A DNA stretch of 63,703 bases, the filler included, from Octopus bimaculoides (lineage: Eukaryota), in assembly GCF_001194135.2 (NCBI RefSeq). It is 5 parts of 5 records of this genome, joined end to end, with 100 filler letters (N's around TTAATTAATTAA, not from the genome) between each part and the next. Parts side by side here need not be neighbours in the genome. Positions count along the whole stretch, not along the records: positions 13,852 to 30,238 come from NC_068995.1; positions 30,339 to 44,568 come from NC_068994.1; 3 more parts are not named here. One strand, given 5' to 3'. Positions 26,256 to 39,700 of this stretch are shown here, one piece after another. Within the stretch, counting starts at the first letter, position 1. The number at the start of each line of letters is the position of its first letter. The position numbers and the translations under genes were made by a program. Below the pieces are notes generated by a model. It saw only the letters and a program-made list of their open reading frames with translations, was not told the DNA's origin and did no database searches.

Positions 26256-27039
26256 GAATATCTTGACCACGGACAGAATGTATTAGTAGCAGGATATGAA
26301 ATTGGCAATTTTTGGATAGGCTATCATCACGATCATCTGTAGCTCTTTTATAGCTCATTCTAACATATACATACACATGTATTCACATATTGTGGTTTGT
26401 CTGTGTAAATCGATATTAGTTCATTGCTGACAAGACTTATTTAACAAGAATTTTGTGAGCTGTTCGGACAACATTTGAACATATACGTGTCATGTTAAAT
26501 AAACCTCTTCTCTCTCATACACTTCATTTGAGCATATGTATGTGTCATGTTAGATAAACATTTTCACTCTTGTACACTTGTTACCATCATTAATCTTCCT
26601 GTTGCCGTTTATTCTTCAGTTTACTCAACTGTAACTGTTCATTAAATTAATTCTGGCTTCCTACCATATGAATCGTTAAGATGTGGTTTAAAATTGGAAC
26701 ATAATTCAACTGTATCTAATTGAATGATACAACAGCTACCAAGATTTCATTGATTACCTGATATTCTCATATTCACTGCATATTACATTGTATCACTTTA
26801 CATAACACAAGCGTATCTGTGCCATGAAAAATATATGACAACTGTCTTTAGATGTAAATAACTTGAGTTTCTTTTGTGATTTTTTTTGATAAAATACGTA
26901 AATTCCACTTTTCTCTGATTTTCTTTGAAGTTTGGAGCAGTCAACTAATGATGCTTTTTCGCCAGATTGGTGAAGTTTCTAAATTATAGAAAATGAATCG
27001 GGTCCAAGAATTTTTGGATAAAGGGTTTTAGTTCAGTCT

Positions 27040-27140
27040 CATTGCACAACACTTTGAGCAACTGTCTTTTACTATAGCCTTGGATCGACTAAAGTCTTGC
27101 AAGTGGGTTCTGTAGATGGAAACTGGAAAAAGCTTACTGA

Positions 27141-27205
<65 letters not shown>

Positions 27206-27420
27206 CTTCTTTGACTTGATATCATGTGGATTCTACTGTCACACAAGTGATGTCATTTTGTGAAAAATATGTCTGGTTGTGGGGAAATATTTCCTCCTAA
27301 GAAACAGGTGAGAGTTGGTATAGGAAGGTCGTCCAGCTATAAAAAAATATGCTGCAATGAACTTTTTTCTGACCCATGCCAGCATAGAAAAGTGGATGTT
27401 ATAACGATGATGATGATGGT
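27040..27420 (+). mobile_element. SINE variant ending in the RTE-type LINE 3' tail
   Basis: SINE body plus (TG)n, then GGAAGGTCGTCCAGCTATA...GACCCATGCCAGCATAGAAAAGTGGATGTTATAACGATGATGATG. Similar tails at about 15360-15685, 22690-22880, 25600-25810, 33200-33560 and 36700-36945. Confidence 0.65.
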
Positions 27421-28233
27421 TGAGAGTTTACATTAATATCTCTTTTTTTTTTAATTATATGTCTTGCAGATTGGCAGATTTAGTTGAGCAATATACAAGT
27501 AATTAGGTATCTTATTTTGAATTCTAATTTGAACCTCTACCTGAGTTGACTTTGTCTTTCATCCTTCCAGACTAGATAAAACAAAGAACCAACAAATTAC
27601 TAGGGTTGATGTAGTAGACCATGCCTGTCTGTTCAAATTTGTAGAGCCAGTGGAGGATTGGAGATGTTTTTTTCTGATTGCATGACCTCCTAGAAATAAC
27701 AGCCAAATTCCCCTTGCATCATACTCCATTGTCAAAAAGACTTACTAGTTATGATGGAAATGCTTTTGTAGTGTGCTGAATCAGGGTTGTTTGAGGCTGA
27801 ATATCAACTTAAACTTTTCACCTTGGGCCTGCATTAGGAATCAAACTTTTTAGATTTATAATTAAATCTTGTTGATGTTCATTAACAAAAAAAAAAAATC
27901 CTTATTAATAATTAGCATCACTTTACTTCTTCTACATTACCATCATCAATTAACATCTGTTTTCCATGTTGCTATGGGCTGGATGGTTTGACAGGAGTTG
28001 ATGAGCCAGTGGACTGTGCCAAATTCCAATGTCTGTGTTGGCATGGTTTCTACGGCTGGATGCCCTTCTTAACACCAACCACATCACAGAGTCCAGTGAT
28101 GTGACTTATTTCCACTGGATGTTTAGCCACAAACAGCAACCAAAATTTACAGAGACACTAATTGTTTTCTATTAACGGGGGTGTTAATAACCATTTAATC
28201 TAGGTTTTGTTTCTTCATTCAGCATCTTGTTAA

Positions 28234-28659
28234 CTCCTTTTGATACCAGTCTACTTGTGACAGACCCCGGTTTTATGTTTCTAACTTTCTGTTTTAAAGA
28301 GATCTAAACAAAGAAAAGAAAACAAAAAGAAAACCCAAAACAAACTTCCCATTAAAATTTTATGTCAATTTATAATCCAAACTTAAGCTTAATGATAAAG
28401 TTATTTTTACTATATTCTTCATTATATTCTAATTTTACCCCTTAGCACTCGGATTACTCTGTCAAATGCAACGATTTTTTAATTAACATTGTGTTGAATT
28501 AATCCTGCATTATCTCATACCTTCAAGAAGTTGATGATGTGATTGTTTATGCTTTGAATGACATTTTAGGATGGGTGCAAGAGGGTGGATCTGGTTGTTT
28601 TGAACATAAAACAACTTGAATATTTGGTCCTGATATGGTTAGCTTAAGTGCTAAAGAGT
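28234..28659. mobile_element. Two abutting piggyBac-type MITE pieces (family 1 fragment 28234-28435; family 2 copy 28438-28659)
   Basis: 28395-28425 is reverse-complementary to about 14930-14960; 28438-28659 aligns to 26033-26255. Confidence 0.6.
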
Positions 28660-29049
28660 GTTAGTTAAAGACAAAACGGTTGTATTTTGACAAAAATAAG
28701 GTAACAAAATAGTTATGATTTTGTCACATGTTAGGCTTCACCTAAGTTGGTAGTGTTTACCTCATAAATTTATCCATCGCAATTGCATTTTAGTGCTGCC
28801 TTACACATGCGCACACTGCACAGATGCACATATAGCAGAAAGATAATGTTCAACCAGTTTGTTTCATTTGAAATTTCTCTGTGCTCTTGCTGTATATTTT
28901 TTGTTACTGTTGTTGTTATGGCACTTGTTGCTACAACATGGATTTATTTGTATTTTCTGTGCTCTTTTAATGGATTCGGTCATTGGACTGTGGCCATGCT
29001 GGGGCACTGGCGTTCATGGTTTTAGTCAATTATATCAACCTTAATATTT

Positions 29050-29086
<37 letters not shown>

Positions 29087-29242
29087 ATTGACATCAAAAG
29101 AGGTCAAAAAGAGCAGTCAGTGGAGGTGGATGTAAAGGGATGATAAAGGGAATGTGACTGAATTTGGTTGAAATACTACAAGGTATTTTTATTCTCGAGT
29201 ATTTTTGTCATCCTTTCTTGACACACACTCCCTCACACCCAT

Positions 29243-29284
<42 letters not shown>

Positions 29285-29988
29285 TCTCTCTATCTCTCTC
29301 CCTCATACACACTCATACATTCACTTAGATATTTACACATACACATTTCTCACATGTTGACACACTCACTCACTCACTCACACACACACACGTCAAGTTT
29401 CTGCACAGTTTCCTCTCATCAAATTTCACTCACAGATCTTCGGGCTGACCTGTGGCTAAGACAGAAGACACTTGCCCAAGGTGCCATTACATGATGACTC
29501 AACCGGGAACCACATGGTCGCAAAGTGAAGTTCTTCACCACACTGCCATGTCTGTGCCCAATACAACACCATGCCCACCCTCAACAATCAACATTGACCA
29601 CACCTGGAATCCAACCACTTCCATGTCTGCTATCACTATGCAACCATTTGTTAAAATCAGCTCTTTGTATTTTGTGTAGTTTGTTTTTCTCCCATAATCC
29701 TTTGCAGTAAGTAGATGTTGTAAATCTTTCTATATATATTATGCAAAGTGTAATTTTAGTGTTACTTGAAAAGCTGAATTGAATTCCACACTAATGAAAC
29801 CATTAGAAAACACCAAGAATTACAGGTAACAATCTGAGGGTAAGTTTCAACAACGTCTCTGTCTATTAAGGACTATTTTCCTTTTCTTTCCATTTACCTT
29901 TCCTTACATCTCTTAACAAGTTAGACAGACATTGTACATATACAATGAGCCTAAACTTTTTTGAGCTGTATATGCGTGTTTGTTTGTT

Positions 29989-30034
<46 letters not shown>

Positions 30035-30155
30035 CTGCAATTGACTTTTTTTTTCTATCCAAGTGGTATTTTAACCCATGTTCTACATGCTATTTTATTC
30101 ATAGCTTTATCTGCTTTGAGTTCTACCACTAAAACAATTTATATATATATGTGTG

Positions 30156-30198
<43 letters not shown>

Positions 30199-30282
30199 AT
30201 ATGTATATATATATCTATATATGTATATATATATATATNNNNNNNNNNNNNNNNNNNNNNNNNNNNNNNNNNNNNNNNNNNN

Positions 30283-30294
30283 TTAATTAATTAA
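30283..30294. other. Artificial scaffolding linker TTAATTAATTAA inside a 100-bp gap
   Basis: Identical N-flanked 12-mer. Confidence 0.9.
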
Positions 30295-30409
30295 NNNNNN
30301 NNNNNNNNNNNNNNNNNNNNNNNNNNNNNNNNNNNNNNCAAGCGATGTTGAGGGGACAAACACCGACACACAAATATATACACACACATACATATACATA
30401 TATATATAT

Positions 30410-30961
30410 GACAGGATCCCTCGATCTTTTATCTGGTGGTCAATGAGGAAACTAGGGATAGATGAAGGGTTAGTGAGAGCTGTGCAAGCCAGGGATGCTG
30501 TCAGTAAGGTGAGGGTTGGCAACGAGTACAGTGAAAAATTCCGAGTAGGGGTAGGGGTCGACCAAGGTTCAGTCCTCAGCCCCCTCCTATTTATCATAGT
30601 CCTCCAGGCAATAACAGAGGAATTCAAGACAGGATGCCCCTGGGAGCTCCTCTATGCTGATGACCTTGCCCTAATTGCTGAGTCTCTATCAGAACTAGAG
30701 AAGAAGTTTCAGGTGTGGAAGCAAGGATTAGAATCGAGGGGCCTAAGAGTCAACCTAGCTAAAACCAAAGTCCTAATAAGTAGGAAGGCAGGCAAACCAC
30801 AAACCCCTTCAAGTAGATAGTCCTGCTCGATCTGTAGAAAAGGTGTAGGTAGAAACTCTATAAGATGTACCCAGTGTAAGCTATGGACACATAAGAGGTG
30901 CAGCAATATCAAAGGGAGGCTAACTGGGAAGATAGTTTTTGTATGTGGCAAATGCTCAGGT
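30410..30961 (+). mobile_element. RTE-clade LINE reverse transcriptase fragment with downstream Cys-rich (PHD-like) motif
   Basis: DRIPRSFIWWSMRKLG...GVDQGSVLSPLLF...LLYADDL...GLRVNLAKTK, then one stop and CSICRKGVGRNSIRCTQCKLWTHKRCS. Confidence 0.92.
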
Positions 30962-31059
30962 GAATTCGAACTTACAACTTCATGATCGTAAACTCAACGC
31001 TCTAACCACTGAGCCATGCGCCTTCCCAGTCAGTAATATATATTATATATATCATCATC

Positions 31060-31440
31060 ATCATCGTCATTTAACGTCTCTTGTCCATGCTGTCATGGGT
31101 TGGACGGTTTGACTGGGCTGGCACACTGGAAGGCTGTGCCAGGATCCAGTCTGATTTGGCATGGTTTTCTACCATGGGTGCTTTTATGTGCCACCAGCAC
31201 GGGTGCCATCTGTGTGACACTGGTATGTGCCATGATTGCAATTTTACTCAGCTTGAATGGTCTTCTCACAGTACAACATAATGCCAAAGGTCTTGGTCAT
31301 TGCCTCCATGAAGCCTAACGCTTGAAAGGAACTCAGCCACCTCACCTCCGTGAGGCCTAGCACTAGAAAGGAGCTCAGCCCCATTGCCTCCATGAAGCTC
31401 AACACTCGAAAGGTACTCAGCCACTTTGCTTCATTCAAAG
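31060..31440 (-). mobile_element. LINE 3'-tail repeat with internal tandem sub-repeats
   Basis: Starts CATCATC..TTTAACGTC..TCCATGCTGTCATGGGTTGGACGG. Related copies at 27940-28100, 32840-33190 and 38755-39240; repeated GCCTCC(A/G)TGA(A/G)GCC units. Confidence 0.7.
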
Positions 31441-31506
31441 GTTGATTGTTTTCTTTACGTGACACCACGTAATATATTTAGAGATGAAAAGTGGTTAGGG
31501 GTCCAT

Positions 31507-32006
31507 ACAAATCAAAAATTATAGTAAAAAAATGTAAATAAAGTTGGAAAAAAGCACAGAAGTATATTCTTCAGAATGCTTAATAAAAATATAACCGGTT
31601 TTGAAGTGGATAATTGCCAGCAATGACCTTCACAGGTTCTCCAATATTTTAATTTCTAAACAGAAACAATCGAGTGCAGGGAGTGGGGCTACAAAAAATT
31701 CATAATTTCTCAAATTTTCTTATCAAGTATTAGAAATATTAGAAAGAATTGTTTGGGGAGTCAGAGAGAAAAAACAGTTTTTGGTGAAGTTTAACTGTTT
31801 GTACCCACATTTGAGTTCAATAAGAACTCAAATATGGGTACAATCTGTTAAATCCCTAAAAAAAAATGGGTTTTTTTTCTCTGACTCACACCAAAATTCT
31901 TTCTAATATTTGATAAGCTGGATACATCAAAACCGGTTATATTTTATTAGACATTCTCTAAAATATACCTCTGTGCCTTTTCCCAACTTTATTTACTCTT
32001 TTTGAT
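31507..32006. repeat. About 500-bp asymmetric foldback (nested inverted repeats, axis about 31821)
   Basis: Core TTGTACCCACATTTGAGTTC-AATAA-GAACTCAAATATGGGTACAA. Arms 31733-31818/31824-31912 and 31507-31604/31926-32006; 31605-31730 has no partner. Confidence 0.85.
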
Positions 32007-33563
32007 TCTCTATTTATATATACATATATAATAAAAATAAATGCGCCCCTTTAAAGCCTAGCCAGACTCATGGGCCCGGTTTCCCGGTTTCAGTGGCGTA
32101 TGTGTTCCCCCAGCTGGATGGGACGCCAGTCTATTGCAGCATTACTCATTTTTGCCAGCTGAGTGGACTGGAGCAACATGAAATGAAGTGTTTTGCTCAA
32201 GAACACAACGCATCGCCCGGTCCAGGAATCGAAACCACAATCTTACGATCATGATGCTGACACCCTAACCACTAAGCCACGTGCCTTCACATATACATAT
32301 ATATTAGATATTAGTATTTTGATTTACCTGAAAAAAGCCTGTATAAAGGTATTTTCTGTAACAATGATTAACTGAAAAGTCAACAAGAGTTTCATCACGA
32401 AACATGGAAAGAATGATTGGATGGAGGGAAAGTAGCAGCTAACTACATTATAATCACTAACGTGATATGATTATGATATGTATGAACATAAGCAATACCA
32501 AATAATTGCAGTTAGTCAATGATAAATCCAAACAGCAGATCTACTGATGTAATTAACTGGTATAAACATGAATAACACTAATGTCTCTTTTAGGATTCAC
32601 TGCAGTATCAATAAATTGGTAATCTTCATCAAGAGCTCATCAGTTAGAAATTGAGAGTTAATTACATAATAACAGTGGAAAATACTATCATTATTTCACT
32701 AATATATTGTTACTCATAATAAGAAGGGATGCTAATTGTACTATTCACAGTTGATAGTTGACAAAACTATATATCAACACATACCTGGCAACGACATTGC
32801 CACTAAGAAAATTTCTATTTCAATTATTGTATTCCTCCTCATCATCCTCATCGTTTAACGTCCGCTTTCCATGCTAGCATGGGTTGGACGATTTGACTGA
32901 GGACTAGTGAACCGGATGACTACACCAGGCTCCAGTCTGATTTGGCAGAGTTTCTACAGCTGGATGCCCTTCCTAACGCCAACCACTCCGAGAGTGTAGT
33001 GGGTGCTTTTACGTGCCACCGGCACAAATGCCAGTCTGGTGGTACTGGCAACGGCCACACTCAAAATGGTGTATTTTATGTGCCACCTGCACAGGAGGCA
33101 GTCCAGCGGCACTGGCACGATCCCGCTCAAATGTCTTTACACATGCCACCAGCCCAAGTGCCAGGAAGGTGATGCTGGGCACAGGTGCCATATGGCTGTG
33201 TGGTTATAGGTTCAATCCCACTGCATGGCACCTTGAGTAAGTATTTTTTTTACTAAAGTACCAGGCTGACCAAAGTCTTGTGAGTGAGCTTGGTAGATGG
33301 AAATTGAAAAGATGCCAGTCATATGTGTGTGTGTGCATATTACTGTCTCCTTGCCTTGGCATCATGTGATAGTTGTAAATGAATATCACCGTCATTTCCA
33401 TTCAGTCAGGAAAACACATCTAATCATTGGTAAATATTACCTTACTTGGAGACAGGTGAAGGTTGGTGAACAGAAGGGCCATAGAAAATCCACCTTAACA
33501 AATTCCATCCAGCCTATTTAAGCATGAAAGAGTGAACGTTAAAACTATGATGATGATGATATT

Positions 33564-33960
33564 GTAGGTGGTAAGAAGCTTGCTTCCCAACCACATAGTT
33601 CCAGGTTCAGTCTCTCTGTGTGGAATATTGGGTAAGTATCTTTTATTATAGCCTTGGCTTGACCAGAGCTTTGTGAGTGGATTTGGTAGATGGAAACTAA
33701 AAGAAGCCAACTGTATATACATGTGTGTGTGTGTGTGTGTGTATCTTTGTGTCAGTATTTCCACCACCCCGCCGGCTTGACAGCTGATGTTGGTGTGTTT
33801 ATATCCCTGTGTCCCAGTAACTTAGCAATTCGGCAAAAGACACTAATAGAATAAGTATTAAACTTTAAAAAAAAAAAAACTGATGTTGATTCATTCAACT
33901 AAAAGTGTTTTAAGACAGTGCCCCAGCATGGCCTCAGTCTAATGATTCAAACAAGTAAAA
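33564..33960 (+). mobile_element. Major tRNA-derived SINE copy
   Basis: Full family head-to-tail motif set. Confidence 0.8.
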
Positions 33961-34221
33961 ATTAAAACATAAAAGATGAATGAGCCAATGATAGTGAATA
34001 TATCTAAGTCAACATATCAAAATATGAATTTCTTAAATAATCTCATTTCTGGGGTATCCCGGTCAGTCGAGCGGCTACTTGGTGAACTCACCAATGTCAG
34101 TGACATGAAGATACATGCAGTGCAGTCTGTAAAATGGTTGGTGTTAGGAAGGACATCCAGCCATAGAAACCATGTGTTGGATTTCGTTAAACAACCAGAC
34201 CCATACCGGAATGGAAGACTG

Positions 34222-34512
34222 ATGTTAAATGATGATGGTGACGGCGGTGGCGGTGGTGGTGGTGGTGGCGGTGATGGTGATGAAGATGATGACGACAATA
34301 ATGATGATGGTGATGATGATGATGATGGTTGTGTTGGTGACAGTGATAATGATAATGATCGTGGTCATGGTGATGTTGATGATCATGATGATGACGATGG
34401 TGGTGGTGGTGGTCGCGGTGATGATAATGATGGTGGTGGTCATGGGGATGATGATGATGATGATGACGACGACGACGACGACGACGACGACGATGATGAT
34501 GATGATGATGGT
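34222..34512. repeat. Compound trinucleotide repeat (GAT/GGT/GAC)n, expanded LINE tail
   Basis: Follows ...GATGTTAAAT GATGATG, the usual LINE-tail end; low complexity in all frames. Confidence 0.85.
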
Positions 34513-34988
34513 GTAAATGTTTAATGGGTTTTATCACATGATACTGTTAGGAGATTAATTTTTTCCAAAATCCATCCCACAAAAACCTAATAATCCATGG
34601 TGTGCAACACTACCAACACATATTGATTCATCATCATCATCGCCATCAATCTCAGAGGAAACTGCAAGAAAGTAGCAGCCATATTCCCTCAATCACATCC
34701 AAACATCTTAAACAAGGAAAGAACACATTCAATGAAGTAGTCTTACAAGTCACTATGCAAAGTGATGGTTACAGTTGGAATGTCTCTGATCATAGATAGG
34801 CATACTCAATCTGACTTGGCCCATGGCAAAACAACAACAACATTGTGAAATAGAATAACTAGGATTAATTTGAAATGCAATTCCCTAAAATATGCATGAG
34901 GTCAGAAAGTAATGAGGATTCCATTCCCTCTATATAATGAGTTCTTGCGACCTTCATGAAGAATACAATTTGTTGATATTCCTATCTA

Positions 34989-35349
34989 GGCGCAGGAGTG
35001 GCTGTGTGGTAAGTAGCTTGCTTACCAACCACATGGTTCCGGGTTCAGTCCCACTGCGTGGCACCTTGGACAAGTGTCTTCTATAGCTTCAGGCCAACCA
35101 AAGCCTTGTGAGTGGATTTGGTAGACGGAAACTGAAAGAAGCCCATCGTATATATGNNNNNNNNNNNNNNNNNNNNNNNNNNNNNNNNNNNNNNNNNNNN
35201 NNNNNNNNNNNNNNNNNNNNNNNNNNNNNNNNNNNNNNNNNNNNNNNNNNNNNNNNNNNNNNNNNNNNATAAGTCCTGGGGTCGATTTTCTCAACTAAAG
35301 GCGGTGCTCCAGCATGGCCACAGTCAAATGACTGAAACAAGTAAAAGAG

Positions 35350-35350
<1 letters not shown>
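34989..35350 (+). mobile_element. Young, well-preserved copy of the major tRNA-derived SINE
   Basis: GGCGCAGGAGTGGCTGTGTGGTAAGTAGC (A-box-like) ... GGTTCCGGGTTCAGTCCC (B-box-like) ... GGCGGTGCTCCAGCATGG...GAAACAAGTAAAAGAG; internal microsatellite replaced by a gap. Confidence 0.85.
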
Positions 35351-35384
<34 letters not shown>

Positions 35385-35388
35385 GCAT

Positions 35389-35423
<35 letters not shown>

Positions 35424-37112
35424 CCTACCTACCTACTTTTCTCTCTTTCTTTCCTTCTACCTGTTTGGACTTCTTCAATCATGAGTATTCTCTTACAACT
35501 GCCCAGTAAGACAAAATCAACCACTACTGATATAGTAAAACAACGATTAAAAATACATGATGTTGCAATTAGCAGCAAATTTTGACACAAGGCCATCAAG
35601 TTCAGTAGAAGGGGCTAGTGAATTACATCAACCCCAGTGCTTGACTGGTACTTAGTTTACTGACCCTGAAAGAATGGAAGACAAAGTCAACCTTGGCAGA
35701 ATTTGAACTCAGAATGTAAAGAGAGATGAAATGCCACTAAACATTTTGCCCAGTATGCTAACAGTTCTACCAGCTTGCTGCCTGGGTGACTAAATTATTG
35801 ATTTCAAATTTTGGCACAAGGCCAGCAATTTCAGGGGAAGGGTGAGTTGATTACATTGATGCCAGTACTCAATTGGTACTCATATTATTGACCCCCAAAA
35901 GAACGAAAGGCAAAGTTGACCTTGGCAGAATTTGAACTCAGAACACAAAGACAGATGAAATATTGCTAAGCATTTTTGCCTGGTATGCAAAAAGGCTCTG
36001 CCACCTGGGATACTAAATTATAGTTATTAAACAATAGAATATAAATGTAAGAAAATTTTAAAATGCAAGAGCTTTTAACAGATAGCTTGTAAACTTGGAT
36101 TGTTTAGAACAAACATATAAAAAGACAATAGAAAAACAAAGCTTTTCAATAAAAACAATCAATATTTTGTTTAGAAAATATTGTTTATCTTTTGATTTAG
36201 CAATTAATTTCAAACATGAAGTTCTATTAGGAAATCACTTACTAAAAGATAAAATACATTTACATCAAGTAAATAAATGTAATAAATATATAAGTTGATT
36301 TAATCTAACATGCTGCATTTAAAAGTCTGGTCTAACTAATCACATTAAAAGTTACATGTACGATATAGCTATGGTCTGATCTAAAAACATGTATAAGTTG
36401 TCTTGTGTAGAAATATTCCGATTAAAAATCATTTGAATAAGTTGTATTTAGAATACTTTTGCACACATCCCCACCTCAAAGAAATGGAGAATCTCAAAGC
36501 CAAGGAGACAAAGGACCTTTTGTGGTAACCAAGAAAAGAAAAAGACAATAAAAGTCGTCATCACAGTTTGAGGATGTTTGTTTTATATTTCATACAAAAG
36601 AAATCTTGTACCTATAATAGAAAGGATATTTCATACAAGAGAAACAAAAATTACAACTGATTAATTTCATACGATGATTAAATTGAATTTTGGAACATCC
36701 AACAGCATGGGTGCTGCTGGTATCATGTAAAAAGCACTGGTGGTGGTGCCACATAAAAAGCACCCAGTTCATTCTGTAAAGTGGTTGGTATTAGGAAAGG
36801 TATCCAACCATAGAAACCAAGCCAAAACAGACTATGGAACCTGGTGTAGTCCCTGGCTTTGTCAGTTCCTGTCAAACTGTCTAACCCATGCCAGCATGGA
36901 AAATGAACATTAAATGTTGATGATAATGATGATGATGATAATGATTTGAAAAGAACATTGTCTTCAGCCTCACACCGACTTCCTTAGATTCATATTCCCA
37001 GAAACAGTTTCCCCTTATTTCATTTTTATATTTGGTTTGCAAAATTCTTGACGTGAACTCATGTGTTGAAATAGATTTTATTGTCTCGGGAGGGTCATTA
37101 TGTCAATAAATA

Positions 37113-37334
37113 CATGCATCAGTTCAATTTCACTTTTTTATTATTTATCAATTGGTTAGCTGTTTAACCAACTGACTAACTGATAGTTTGATTAATCATT
37201 CAATTAATCAGTTGTATTTGTCAAACATTCATTATCTCCTCAATGACATGCTCTCTCAAACAATCAATTAGTTAGTTGATTAAAAAGCTAACAGAGTGAC
37301 AAATAATAAAGAAGTGAAATTGAACCAGTGCAGG
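37113..37334. mobile_element. Tc1/mariner-superfamily MITE
   Basis: About 35-bp TIRs: CATGCATCAGTTCAATTTCACTT..TATTATTT / AAATAATAAAGAAGTGAAATTGAACCAGTGCAGG, flanked by TA. Confidence 0.7.
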
Positions 37335-39700
37335 TATTTATTGTTAGCATACTGACCCTCCCAAAAACAACAAAATTTTTCTTTACTTTTCTCAAGGAGT
37401 TTTTGTCCTTTCTCAGTGAAATTGCTACACTTTGATAACATTGAAATAATATTTACTAGATTTTAAGCACTTGGTTATTACATCAATGTTTTAAGTACAC
37501 TCAATTGCAAAAATTTGAGCAAACAAATACCAAGTTTTTACTATAGTCCTGGTCCAACCATAGTCTTGTGAATGGATTGATTGACAGAAACTGAAAGAAG
37601 CCTGTTGTATATCAGTGTGTGTGTCTGTGTATTTTTGTATCTGTGTTTGTTCCCCACCACTGCTTGACAACTGGTGTTGGTGTGTTTATGTCCCTATAAC
37701 TTAGTTGTTCAGCAAAAGACACTGATAGAATAAGTGCCAGACTTAAAAAAATAAAAGTACTGGAGTTTGACAAACCACTAAGTCCCAAGAATATAAACAA
37801 ACCAACAGCAAATTATCCCCCCCACCCCACCACCACCACCAAGTGCCGGGGGACAAACACAGAGACATCTGTAAGCATTTTGTCTTTTATGGGACAGACT
37901 ATCCCGGACTATATCATCCAATATGTCGTTCTATATTTAAAAAAAAAAACTTGTCCAAGGTGCTATTCAGTGGGACTGAACTTGAACCCAAGACCACATG
38001 GTTGGGAAGCAAGCTTCTTATCCACACAGCCACACATGCATACTATATACTTTACAAGTATTTAGACTTTGCTAACAAAGCTTTACTTTTAAGACTAAGT
38101 CAAACAATATTTTATATGTTCCAACAATTTGACAGACAGCAAAGTAAAATAACAAAAATAAAGCAATAATCAGATTGAGAGATTACCTTCGTTAGAGTTG
38201 ACATCATGTTAATTACCAAACATTGATATTACTAACATTTAGCTTAACAGCTCTGGACAGATCAAAATGAACCTTAATGTGTTAACTGCTAAAATATTAA
38301 TGAAAATAATATTCAACATTTGAAGCAAAAAAGAACAACAGGCCCACTGATGAAACTCAAGCCATGTATTTATTGCTTATTGATTACAGCTGACGATGCT
38401 TAAAAGTACCTGTCTTAAGTTGGTGCTAATAATGTCTAATAAAGACACCAATAAATTGTTATGGCTACTAGAGTGTTGGCTAGAAGACTTCATGATGCTT
38501 GTTTCAATTCTTAACACTGTAAGATCAAATCCTGCCAAGGTCAACTTTGCCTTTCATCCTTTCAGGATTAATGGAAAAATACCAATGTAGGGTGAAAGAT
38601 TGTCAGGAAGTTTTAGAACATCGGATGATATGTCTTGCATCATCATTGTGTTCTAATGGCAATGCTGGTAACAAGACTGATGCCAAGTTGTAACAGCCCT
38701 TGCCTGTCCCTTGGACATCACTGATAGTGTGGAGAGGGGAGACTTGCATGTACCATCATCATTGTCATCATTTAACATCCATTTTCCATGCTGGCATGGG
38801 TTAGACTGTTTGACTGAAAACTGGTAATCTGGGGAGCTGCACCAGGTTTCAATCTGATTTGGTATGGTTTCTACAGTTGGACGCCCTTCCAAACACCAAC
38901 CACTCCAAGAGTGTAGTGGGTGCTTTTTACATGCCACTGGCATGGGTACCAGTTACGAAACACCAGCATCGACCACAACTACAATCTCACTTGGCTCGAC
39001 AGATCTTCTCAAGCACAGTATATTACCAAAGGTCTCAGTCACTTGTCACTGCCTCCGCAAGGCCCAAAGATCAAAGGGTGCCTTTTATGTGCCACCAGCA
39101 CGGGTGCCAGTTATGTGACACTGGCATTGACCATGACTGTGATTTCACTTAGCTTGACAGGGCTTCTCAAGCATGGCATATTATTTAAGGTTTCGGTCAC
39201 TTGTCATTGCCTCCATGAGGCCCAACATTAAAAGAGCATGCTTCCCCACCTCATCCCATGCCTTCCTGAGTCTACCTCTTCCATAGGTTCTTTCTACTGT
39301 TAGAAATCGGCACTTCATCACACATCTGTCCTCGTCCATACACATATATATTAAAGAGCTAACAATTATTTTACATTTTATTATGCATGGGCTGGGTGGA
39401 ATTTGTCAAGGTGGATTTTCTATGGCCAGATGCCTTTCATGCCACCAACCCCCATCTGTTTATAAGTAAGGTAATATTTCTCTGTGACTACTAATCTCCT
39501 GCAAAAAAAAAAAAAAAAACCTTTGCCTGAGCCCAGGTCTTAGAGAGAAACATTCCAGGTATCCATGATTAGTCATGAGTAAAGGAAGCCCTACATTGCC
39601 AAATATCAAAGGGTTTGAAATCAAAACAATCAAACTGACCCAAACTTTTCTCAAGCAACAGCTGTTATCAAACAAAAATTTTCTGTTTCTGTAGATTATA

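Noticed and set aside
32785-32802. 18-nt minus-strand micro-exon (ttttcttag|TGGCAATGTCGTTGCCAG|gtatgt)
   Set aside because: Good splice signals, but the phase-0 translation WQCRCQ does not fit the dynein sequence expected next; no other support.
33976-34524. 182-aa Asp/Gly-rich ORF (and His- or Met-rich ORFs in other frames)
   Set aside because: The N-terminal part is SINE/LINE-tail sequence and the rest is a (GAT/GGT/GAC)n expansion; open frames are a by-product of the repeat.
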